Below, piece by piece: positions 21,033 through 28,357 of a stretch of 32,000 bases of DNA. The DNA is from Cylindrospermopsis raciborskii Cr2010 (GTDB lineage Bacteria; Cyanobacteriota; Cyanobacteriia; Cyanobacteriales; Nostocaceae): the NCBI RefSeq assembly GCF_003367075.2, contig NZ_CP065936.1:1950001-1982000 (forward strand), written 5' to 3'. A model generated the notes under the pieces. The model was not told where the DNA came from. It did no database searches and saw only the letters and a list, made by a program, of their open reading frames with translations. Position 1 is the first letter of the stretch; each line of letters begins with the position of its first letter. Both the position numbers and the translations under genes were made by a program.

Positions 21033-21086
21033 TAAGTAGGGAGGCACAATTATTTGTTAGGATGAGTTAGCGGTAGGGTAACCCAT
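21033..21086. repeat. Partial (half) copy of the MITE-like repeat at 7268-7384, in inverted orientation
   Basis: taagtagggaggcacaattatttgttaggatgagttagcggtagggtaacccat aligns with the reverse complement of 7331-7384 with only a few mismatches. Similarity stops after gggtaaccca. Confidence 0.55.
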
Positions 21087-21208
21087 ACTGATTAACTAGC
21101 TGATTGCCATTGTAACACAATTATTTTATTTTTTCAAGACTTTCTACGATTTTGCGGAAATGCTATATCTCCCCTTACGAATAGCCACAGCTAGGAAAAA
21201 AATATGCC

Positions 21209-21237
21209 TCGCCAAATACCCTGAGTTATAGTATAAT
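21209..21237 (+). promoter_or_regulatory. Candidate sigma70-type promoter for the GTPase operon
   Basis: Exact TATAAT at 21232-21237, 38 nt upstream of the GTG at 21276. A weak -35 (tcgcca, 4/6 match to TTGACA) lies 17 nt upstream. Sequence match only. Confidence 0.25.
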
Positions 21238-21275
21238 CATACCCAAATGTACATACCTTAACAACAATTACATCC

Positions 21276-22022
21276 GTGGGAGTAGTATATATAGGCGATC
21301 GCGCAACGGGTAAGACACACTTAGCCCTAGAATTAACCAATCCGAGACATGAACATGTGAAAGTTACCAGTCCAGACTATGACCAACTTAAGTTATTATT
21401 ACTAGATGAAAACTCCATGTCTAAACCTACGGACACACTAAAGCCCTATCAAAGGTATTTAGAAATGAATGTTCAACTGCCATCTGGCAATAAAAGGGTT
21501 GAATTAGACTGGATTGACACCGGAGGGGAAGTATGGCGGGGAAATTGGCAAAGGGATAATTCTGACAAATGGAAAGACTACTTAGAACCCATTCGTCAGA
21601 GTGAGGGGATATTACTCATTCTTCCACCCCATAGGGGAATGACCTTTCAACCTGGTGTAGACACCCAAGAATTTCCCACAGAGCAACAATGGTGTAATCG
21701 TTTTGAAACCTGGGTGACATTTTTCTGCGACCAGTGTCCCCAAATTAGACATTTAGCCATTTGTCTCAACAAAGCCGACTTATTTTGTGATCTATCCCAA
21801 GAGGGAAAGAAACTGGCCTATAGACCTTATAATAGTCCCTGTAATTGGCAACAAAGACATGAACACGTACTAAAAAAATATTTTCGTCCCGTGTATTCCC
21901 AAATCCGGAGATTAGGTGAAGGTATGAGCAGTCCATCCGTAAAATGTTTTATCACATCAATTTACCATCGAAGCTTATTAGAACTACCTTGGATTTACTT
22001 AGGCAGTTTTTTAGGTAAATAA
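21276..22022 (+). CDS. Small Ras-like P-loop GTPase, paralog A (248 aa), with a canonical NKxD
   Basis: GTG start. G1 IGDRATGKTH (aa 6-15), candidate G2 KPTD, G3 WIDTGGEVW, G4 ICLNKADL, and a C-terminal aromatic tail LPWIYLGSFLG. No ATG is available upstream in frame. Confidence 0.8.
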   Translation: MGVVYIGDRATGKTHLALELTNPRHEHVKVTSPDYDQLKLLLLDENSMSKPTDTLKPYQRYLEMNVQLPSGNKRVELDWIDTGGEVWRGNWQRDNSDKWKDYLEPIRQSEGILLILPPHRGMTFQPGVDTQEFPTEQQWCNRFETWVTFFCDQCPQIRHLAICLNKADLFCDLSQEGKKLAYRPYNSPCNWQQRHEHVLKKYFRPVYSQIRRLGEGMSSPSVKCFITSIYHRSLLELPWIYLGSFLGK

Positions 22023-22100
22023 GATAACTTTGTTGACACTAGGCAAAAAACATTTTAAAAAAGGTTACCCAACTAAAAAAGAACTAAAAAGGGGAAGAGT

Positions 22101-22931
22101 ATGAGTAATATCCATATAATTGGGCCCCAGGCCGCAGGTAAAACCACATATTTAGCAGCTTTAGCCTACCAACCAGAGACATCGAGATCACCCGTGAGAC
22201 AGGCAAATATTAAGATAAAGACATTAAATGAAGAAACCAGAGAACTAGTAGACAAAGCAGAAAACATAATTTTACAGGGAGCTTCTTTAGAACCCACCCA
22301 GAAATATGTCAAAACCATTGATGATTTAAAAGTTTACTCATTTTTAATTGAAATCAAGAGAAAATGGCGGAACCTAGAGAGACTACAACTAACAGTAAGA
22401 GACTACCCAGGAGAAGTTTTTAAAGAGTTAGAATCTGGTTCTAGGGATCCGATACATGAAGAATTTATAAACGAGTGTTTGAGCGCAGACACCCAGGGTT
22501 GTTTAATCCTGCTAACCGAGTGGGAACAAGGGATAGACAAATTTTATAAACGAGTATTCAGAAGATTTATAGCCCTGATGGATGAACAACAAAGATTGCA
22601 AAATTTGCGATTAGCCATAGCCATGAGCAAATGTGAGAGAGGGGAATTATGGCCTGGTAGATTAGATCCTGAAAGCGACCTATTTGCCATTCACTTTCCA
22701 GACACACTACGCTTGTTAAGAGACAATATTCCCCAGAAAAACCTAGAATTTTATGCCATATCCGCCTTTGGAGTTTTAAGTAACAAAGATCCCCGACCCA
22801 ACCGTAAAGAAGAACTAGGAAAAAAAGACAGATACTCTGTTTTAAGAGATCCCGACAGATGGTCACCATACTGTTTAGTATCCCCCCTTTATTGGTTAAG
22901 TACAGGTAAGAGGATCCAAGGATATGTTTAA
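22101..22931 (+). CDS. Small Ras-like P-loop NTPase, paralog B (276 aa), with a degenerate G4
   Basis: RBS-like GGGGAAGAG before the ATG. G1 IGPQAAGKTT, G2 LEPTQ, G3 VRDYPGEVF, SKCE at the G4 position, G5-like ISAFGVL, and the tail SPYCLVSPLYWL. A clear paralog of C. Confidence 0.85.
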   Translation: MSNIHIIGPQAAGKTTYLAALAYQPETSRSPVRQANIKIKTLNEETRELVDKAENIILQGASLEPTQKYVKTIDDLKVYSFLIEIKRKWRNLERLQLTVRDYPGEVFKELESGSRDPIHEEFINECLSADTQGCLILLTEWEQGIDKFYKRVFRRFIALMDEQQRLQNLRLAIAMSKCERGELWPGRLDPESDLFAIHFPDTLRLLRDNIPQKNLEFYAISAFGVLSNKDPRPNRKEELGKKDRYSVLRDPDRWSPYCLVSPLYWLSTGKRIQGYV

Positions 22932-23787
22932 CTTCTTCAAAAAGAAAGATAAAACATCACAGGATAGTGCCTCAGTGAGACTAATAGGCGATCGCACTGC
23001 GGGGAAGACCACCTATATGGCATCCTTAGCGAGGTGGCCAAATGCCAACCCTGAAAGTTTAGTGCAAGCAGTAACAGCCATAGACGAAGGGGGACAGGAT
23101 CTAATCAGCAAAGCACAAAACATACTAGAGCAGGGACTAGAACTAGAAAGTACCCAACTATCCTCCAACGTATCAGACGTTAGAGATTGCACCCTGCAAA
23201 TCACCCTAAAAGAGAAAAATCAACTACTGAATTTAAACGTCAGTTGTAAAGACTACTCAGGGGAATTTTTTAGAGACCTATTGCACCAAAACAATTCCCA
23301 ACTAGAGGAATATTTAGAAGATTGCGTCCAGGCCAATGGTATTATATTTTTAGTTGATGGTAGTAGTAGACGTAAGGACTCAGAGTATGTGAATGGGCTA
23401 GATAAGTTTTTGTTACTATTAGATCGGAATGATATAGCGGGGAGTAAAAAGAGGATTGCTCTAGTATTAAATAAATGTGAACAACCGGACCTATGGGTAA
23501 ACCGAAACAAACCAGAATACCTAGCATCTGCGAGATTTCCCCAAGTGTGTAGTAGATTAAAGGCCTGGCAAAAAATGGGAGGGGGGAACATAGAGTTTTT
23601 TACAGCATCAGCATTTGGTATGTTGGGTACTAAATACCCAGAACCCAACGTAAACTTATTGACCAGAGGGAGATCAGGAGTGACAGCAGTCATTAGAAAT
23701 CCCAAATTATGGAGACCCTTTGGTTTAATTGCTCCCATTTATTGGCTATGTAAAGGTTCTCGTCATCCACAACTAGATAACGGTTAA
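22924..23787 (+). CDS. Small Ras-like P-loop NTPase, paralog C (287 aa), with a Lys-rich N-terminal extension
   Basis: The start overlaps the B stop by 8 nt (ATGTTTAA). G1 IGDRTAGKTT, G2 LESTQ, G3 CKDYSGEFF, G4 position LNKCE, G5-like ASAFGML, and the tail RPFGLIAPIYWL. N-terminus is MFNFFKKKDK. Confidence 0.85.
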   Translation: MFNFFKKKDKTSQDSASVRLIGDRTAGKTTYMASLARWPNANPESLVQAVTAIDEGGQDLISKAQNILEQGLELESTQLSSNVSDVRDCTLQITLKEKNQLLNLNVSCKDYSGEFFRDLLHQNNSQLEEYLEDCVQANGIIFLVDGSSRRKDSEYVNGLDKFLLLLDRNDIAGSKKRIALVLNKCEQPDLWVNRNKPEYLASARFPQVCSRLKAWQKMGGGNIEFFTASAFGMLGTKYPEPNVNLLTRGRSGVTAVIRNPKLWRPFGLIAPIYWLCKGSRHPQLDNG

Positions 23788-23791
23788 AAAT

Positions 23792-26500
23792 ATGAACTCA
23801 TCTGACAATAAAATCCACGAAATACACAAAATACATGAATTTAGTACAGGTATTCACTTTGAGCAGCGAGGTAATAGTTGGGTTTCTACAGGGTTTACTG
23901 GGCGATATATGAACAGCACCATGGGGGAGATTCCCAAAGTGGTAGAGAGGTCAATTGCCAATGAAGAATTTGCCCTAGCGGAAGGATCATCCACAGAGAA
24001 ACCAGCAATAATTGCCAGAATATTAGGGAGCGGGGATGATATTTGGTCAGTAATAGCAGTGGTTACCAGGGGGAGAGATGAAGTAGGGAGGAGTGCAGCT
24101 TTTCACCGTTATTTTTTATGTCAGGGAGATCATAAACTGAGGGTAATATTAGCCTGGTGGGAACAAAATAACCGACCAACATTTAACCCCCTGGATAAAC
24201 AAGATGAGGGTAGTCCCCATATATTTGAAGGGGAGGTTCCAAAATTACCAGATTTAGAGCAAATATTGCTATTATTCAAGGTACAAACTAAACCACAGGA
24301 AGAGCAAAGATTATCATCCCCCGCACAACAATCTGAATTTACACAGGAACTCTTACAACAGTCAGATGTACAAACTGAACCGCAGGGAGAGCAAAGATTG
24401 CCATCTCCTGCACAACAATCTGTATTTACATGGGGATCCCAACAACCCTCTGAACCACAGGTGGGTGGACACCAATCTACACAGAGAGTTCAACCATTAT
24501 CATTCGAGATAGGAAAGCCATCAGGACAGCAAAGATTATCATCCCCCGTACAACAATCTGAATTTACACAGGAACTTTCACAACCGTCAGATGTACAAAC
24601 TGAACTACAGGGACAGCTCCCATCTCCTGCTCAGCAACCTGTATCTACATGGGGATACCAACAACCATCTGAACCACAGATGGGTACAGGGGAATACTCC
24701 CTATTTCAGCAATTAAGTCCCATAGTTTTAGAGCCAAATGTCCAGTATGATTTATATACCATCAACGTATTAGCAATTAACAAATGGAACTCCTGCAAAA
24801 ATGGACTACCAGTATGTTGGGCATTTGACGTAGAAGCACTAGTCAAACCAGAAAGATTTCAGGTGATTAAACCAGCATCCCAAAAAGCAAGAGATGGAAT
24901 AAACAGAGCGATCGCAGCTGGGAGTAGAGTGATCAGAAATGCGGTAAACATTGATGAAGCAGCATTAAAATCTGCTCTCAGGAGTTTAGCAAATAGTTCT
25001 CAAGTGAAACCCGAATCAGTAGAGACCATTGTAGATGGGTTAAACAACAAAGATGTCACTCGTGAATATTGGTACAGTTTATTTAATGCTCAAGGGACAG
25101 ATAGAGCCATTAAAGAAAACATTTACAGTCCACAAATTGTCAGATTAATGACCTTGAGAGCATTAGTTATTCCAGAAACATTACCAGAATTTTTGCAATG
25201 GTTGAACATCCAAAAGGGTAGTAATGTTGATGGTAATCAAAGAGTATCATTGGAATTACAAAAAAAGATTCAGCCACTATTTCCCAAAGAGAAGATAGGG
25301 GCGGGTATTACCTATTTGTTACCTAGTTTATTAGCTGGTAAAATATCAGTAGATGGGTTATGTTGGTTATTAGCCAAGAGTGGTGGTGATACCATTTGGG
25401 CTTATGGTCGAAATCAGTTTATAAACAACATCAAATATGATCTACAATTGATTTATAATTATTATTCCAAACCAATAGTGGGACCTTTTAATGAAAGCAC
25501 CCTTGAATGTGGAGCGGAAGCTTGGAAAAGTTTAATTAACAGGTGGCAAGATATCCGAAGGATGTATAAAAAATGTGAAAAGTATCGACCTTTAGCTCAA
25601 TTATTTGAACGATTCAAAGAGTGTAATTTAGCTGGATATTTTTACCAAGTTAGTAATGGATTTGTTAAAAAGGATCTATTTTATGAAATAGCTGAGGCGC
25701 AAAATCGTCCTTCACCGGTTATTTATGGTTTAGGAATTGAAAAAGAACTAACTTTAGAGGATATTATTATTGGTTTAGCTGATGGCGTTGTTAAATTTTT
25801 TAATCAGGATGTAGATATGAAACTTGTATTTGTTATTCCCGCTTCACTGTTAATCTTAGGAAGTGGTTGGTTCATTGGCTCAAAAACTTGGCATTATTAT
25901 GTCAATGCTAATGAAGCTGAGAAGTTCTTGTGTAAAAAATTTGGTGGTGGTGAAAATTGTCCCATTATAATGTTCAATGGGGAAGCCCACTATTCTTTTG
26001 AGGAGATTAAAGAAGTAATTCCCACAGTTGTGCAGCAAGTTGTTAAGGAACGAAAGGAGTTACCAACTCCAGAATCAACAAAAGCTGCGGTGACAAAACC
26101 AGCAGGACAAAATTCTGGTCAACAAGATGATAATGAACCAAAAGTTGCTCAAAAGCTTGCTCAAATTTTAGGTGATTCAAACCTTCAATATGATGATTTA
26201 AAGAAAGGAACAATAGAACAAAAAGCCCAAACATCATGGGTAATAGCAGTGTATAATTATCAAATCAAACACAATATAGTAAAAAAAGTCATGCAGAAGA
26301 ATGATAAAGAAGAGTGCGTCTTACCCTTATTACCAATGTTTGATAATTTGTGTTTATGGAAAAATGAACCAGAGAAAAATAAACCAGAGAAAAACAAACC
26401 GGAAAAAATAACAAATTTTTCTGCATTGAAAAATAAATTAGTGGAAGATATCAATAAAACAATGAATAAACCAGAAACTTCAAAAAACAGTAAAGGGTAA
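23792..26500 (+). CDS. Large single-pass membrane protein, paralog D (902 aa): unique N-terminal domain + P/Q-rich repeats + shared ~515-aa module; no family recognised
   Basis: Starts 4 nt after the C stop. aa 1-135 are a unique domain and aa 164-302 a P/Q-rich repeat. aa ~388-902 are homologous to the whole of E. One predicted TM helix, KLVFVIPASLLILGSGWFIG (aa 677-696, nt 25820-25879), is followed by a ~205-aa tail with four Cys conserved in E. Confidence 0.8.
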   Translation: MNSSDNKIHEIHKIHEFSTGIHFEQRGNSWVSTGFTGRYMNSTMGEIPKVVERSIANEEFALAEGSSTEKPAIIARILGSGDDIWSVIAVVTRGRDEVGRSAAFHRYFLCQGDHKLRVILAWWEQNNRPTFNPLDKQDEGSPHIFEGEVPKLPDLEQILLLFKVQTKPQEEQRLSSPAQQSEFTQELLQQSDVQTEPQGEQRLPSPAQQSVFTWGSQQPSEPQVGGHQSTQRVQPLSFEIGKPSGQQRLSSPVQQSEFTQELSQPSDVQTELQGQLPSPAQQPVSTWGYQQPSEPQMGTGEYSLFQQLSPIVLEPNVQYDLYTINVLAINKWNSCKNGLPVCWAFDVEALVKPERFQVIKPASQKARDGINRAIAAGSRVIRNAVNIDEAALKSALRSLANSSQVKPESVETIVDGLNNKDVTREYWYSLFNAQGTDRAIKENIYSPQIVRLMTLRALVIPETLPEFLQWLNIQKGSNVDGNQRVSLELQKKIQPLFPKEKIGAGITYLLPSLLAGKISVDGLCWLLAKSGGDTIWAYGRNQFINNIKYDLQLIYNYYSKPIVGPFNESTLECGAEAWKSLINRWQDIRRMYKKCEKYRPLAQLFERFKECNLAGYFYQVSNGFVKKDLFYEIAEAQNRPSPVIYGLGIEKELTLEDIIIGLADGVVKFFNQDVDMKLVFVIPASLLILGSGWFIGSKTWHYYVNANEAEKFLCKKFGGGENCPIIMFNGEAHYSFEEIKEVIPTVVQQVVKERKELPTPESTKAAVTKPAGQNSGQQDDNEPKVAQKLAQILGDSNLQYDDLKKGTIEQKAQTSWVIAVYNYQIKHNIVKKVMQKNDKEECVLPLLPMFDNLCLWKNEPEKNKPEKNKPEKITNFSALKNKLVEDINKTMNKPETSKNSKG
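24305..24685 (+). repeat. In-frame tandem duplication inside D: two near-identical P/Q-rich units with a 225-nt period
   Basis: Unit 1 (24305-24466) is QRLSSPAQQSEFTQELLQQSDVQTEPQGEQRLPSPAQQSVFTWGSQQPSEPQVG. Unit 2 (24530-24685) is QRLSSPVQQSEFTQELSQPSDVQTELQGQLPSPAQQPVSTWGYQQPSEPQMG. DNA identity is very high; for example, gcaaagattatcatccccc occurs in both. Confidence 0.9.
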
Positions 26501-26534
26501 ATTAATAAACATACAACCACACTCCCAAACAAAT

Positions 26535-28133
26535 ATGAAGCCAGAAACCCAAACCTTGCTCAAACAAGCGATTCGCAAATTAATCCACACCTCCCAAGTC
26601 AAACCCGAAGCAGTACACACAATTGTAGATGGGTTAATAAATAAGGAAGTTACCTCCCAGGACTGGGAAGATCTCTTCAATCAAGATGGTGCCAGTATTG
26701 CATTGCAAGAGAAGATATACACCCCCCATTTAGTCAGACTAATCACACTCAGAGCATTAGTTATTCCAGAGACACTACCCGAATTTTTGCAGTGGTTAAA
26801 CATCCAAAAAGCCAGTATCACTGATGAGCACAAAAGAGTATCCTTAAAACTCCAAAAAGGGATTCAGACCTTATTCCCTAAAGAGCAAATAGTAGCAGGG
26901 ATTACTTACTTGTTACCCAATTTATTAAATCGTAGAATGCCAGTAGATAAATTATTTTGGTTATTAGATGGGAGTAATAGTAATAACATTTGGGCTCACG
27001 CTCGAAATCAGTTTATAAATAACATTAGAGATGATCTACAATTAATTTACAACTACTACTCAAAACCAATGACACAAGTTGTTGGTGAAATTACCCTGAA
27101 CTGTGGATCTGGGGTTTGGAGAAGTTTAATGAACAGATGGGAGGGTATTAGAGAATATAACAAATGCAAAGAGTATCGACCTTTGGCTCAATTGTTTGAA
27201 CAATTAAAAGAGCATGATTTGGCTGGATATTTTTATCAGGTTAGTGATGGAGTTGTTAAAAAGGATTTATTTTGTAAAATAGCTAAAGGGCATAGTCCTC
27301 GTTCACCAGTTGTTTTTGGCTTAGAAATTCGAGAAATACCTTTAGAGGATGTTATTATTAATTTGGTCTATAGTTTAAGATTCTTAGGAATTGAGGAAAA
27401 ACTAACTCATGAGTTAGTTGATTTTGTTCTTAAAATTAGATTGGTTTATAGATATAAAATTGTTAACTTTTTTAATCAGGATGTAGATATGAAACTTGTA
27501 TTTGTTATTCCCGCTTCGTTGTTAATCTTAGGAAGTGGTTGGTTCATTGGAGCAAAAACTTGGCAGTATTATATCAACGCTAATGAAGCCGAGAAATTAT
27601 TGTGTAAAAAATCGGGTGGTAGTGAAAACTGTCCGGTTGTAGTATTGGATGGACAAGCCCACTATTCTTTTGAGGAGATTAAAGAAGTAATTCCCAAAGT
27701 TGTGCAGCAAGTTGTTAAGGAACGAAAGGAGTTACTAACTCCAGAACGAACAAAAGCTGCGGGAACAAAACCAGCAGCAAAAAATTCTGGTCAACAAGAT
27801 GATACTGAACTAAAAGTTGCACAAAAGCTTGCTCAACTTTTAGGTGATTCAAAACTTCAATATGATGATTTGTTGAATAACCAGCCAACAGAAATGGTCA
27901 AAAGACAATGGGTAATAGCAGTATATAATTATCAAGTTAAACGCAGCATACAAAAAAAAGGGAAAGAAGAGTGCGTCTTACCCTTATTACCAATGTTTGA
28001 TAATTTGTGTTTATGGAAAAATGAACGAGAGAAAATAATAAACTTTCCTAAATTGGAACCTACATTACTGGAAGATATAAATAAAAAGAATGGACAAACA
28101 AGAAACTCGAAAAAAAAGCGCAAAGTAAATTAA
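26535..28133 (+). CDS. Single-pass membrane protein, paralog E (532 aa): the shared module only, homologous to D aa ~388-902
   Basis: Aligns with D from SQVKPE[AS]V.TIVDGL to the C-terminus. The TM helix KLVFVIPASLLILGSGWFIG (aa 320-339, nt 27492-27551) is identical to that of D. E carries a ~28-aa insertion before the TM (NLVYSLRFLGIEEKLTHELVDFVLKIRLVYRYKI) and has a basic C-terminus (SKKKRKVN). Confidence 0.8.
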   Translation: MKPETQTLLKQAIRKLIHTSQVKPEAVHTIVDGLINKEVTSQDWEDLFNQDGASIALQEKIYTPHLVRLITLRALVIPETLPEFLQWLNIQKASITDEHKRVSLKLQKGIQTLFPKEQIVAGITYLLPNLLNRRMPVDKLFWLLDGSNSNNIWAHARNQFINNIRDDLQLIYNYYSKPMTQVVGEITLNCGSGVWRSLMNRWEGIREYNKCKEYRPLAQLFEQLKEHDLAGYFYQVSDGVVKKDLFCKIAKGHSPRSPVVFGLEIREIPLEDVIINLVYSLRFLGIEEKLTHELVDFVLKIRLVYRYKIVNFFNQDVDMKLVFVIPASLLILGSGWFIGAKTWQYYINANEAEKLLCKKSGGSENCPVVVLDGQAHYSFEEIKEVIPKVVQQVVKERKELLTPERTKAAGTKPAAKNSGQQDDTELKVAQKLAQLLGDSKLQYDDLLNNQPTEMVKRQWVIAVYNYQVKRSIQKKGKEECVLPLLPMFDNLCLWKNEREKIINFPKLEPTLLEDINKKNGQTRNSKKKRKVN

Positions 28134-28192
28134 TCGATGTACAACCAGATCGCATTTTTAAAAACATTAACAACTATGGACTAACTAAAAAC

Positions 28193-28357
28193 ATGAACTC
28201 ATCTGACAATAAAATCCACGAAATCCATGAATTTAGTACAGGTATTCACTTTGAGCAGCGAGGTAATAGTTGGATTTGGATAGGGTTTACCATAAAATAT
28301 ATGAACAGCACCATGGGGGAGGAGATTCCCAAAGTGGTAGAGAGGTCAACACATTAG
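28193..28357 (+). pseudogene. Truncated third copy of the D N-terminal domain (54 codons, then a stop)
   Basis: MNSSDNKIHEIHEFSTGIHFEQRGNSWIWIGFTIKYMNSTMGEEIPKVVERSTH* is nearly identical at DNA level to 23792-23953 of D. Similarity ends abruptly at ~28350. The upstream context (aaaaacATGaac) resembles that of D (aaaatATGaac). Confidence 0.8.
28290..28333. repeat. Left copy of a 41/44-bp direct repeat bracketing the 3.3-kb cassette
   Basis: ccataaaatatatgaacagcaccatgggggaGGAgattcccaaa is identical to 31668-31708 except for the extra GGA. It lies within the truncated D-like stub. Confidence 0.85.

Noticed and set aside
23253-23738. A 161-aa minus-strand ORF inside GTPase gene C.
   Set aside because: It is antisense to an ORF with complete G1-G5 motifs and clear paralogy to B, and it has no motif of its own.
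24281-24697. The P/Q-rich repeat considered as a collagen-like or cell-wall-anchor domain.
   Set aside because: There is no G-X-Y periodicity, no signal peptide at the D N-terminus and no sorting motif. A disordered linker is the simpler reading.
26260-26532. A 90-aa minus-strand ORF, with a related 63-aa one at 27932..28123, that look conserved between the two loci.
   Set aside because: Their similarity is a by-product of the D/E sense-strand duplication, including the 64-nt identical block. Both are Phe/Leu-rich antisense frames of Lys/Glu-rich coding sequence.
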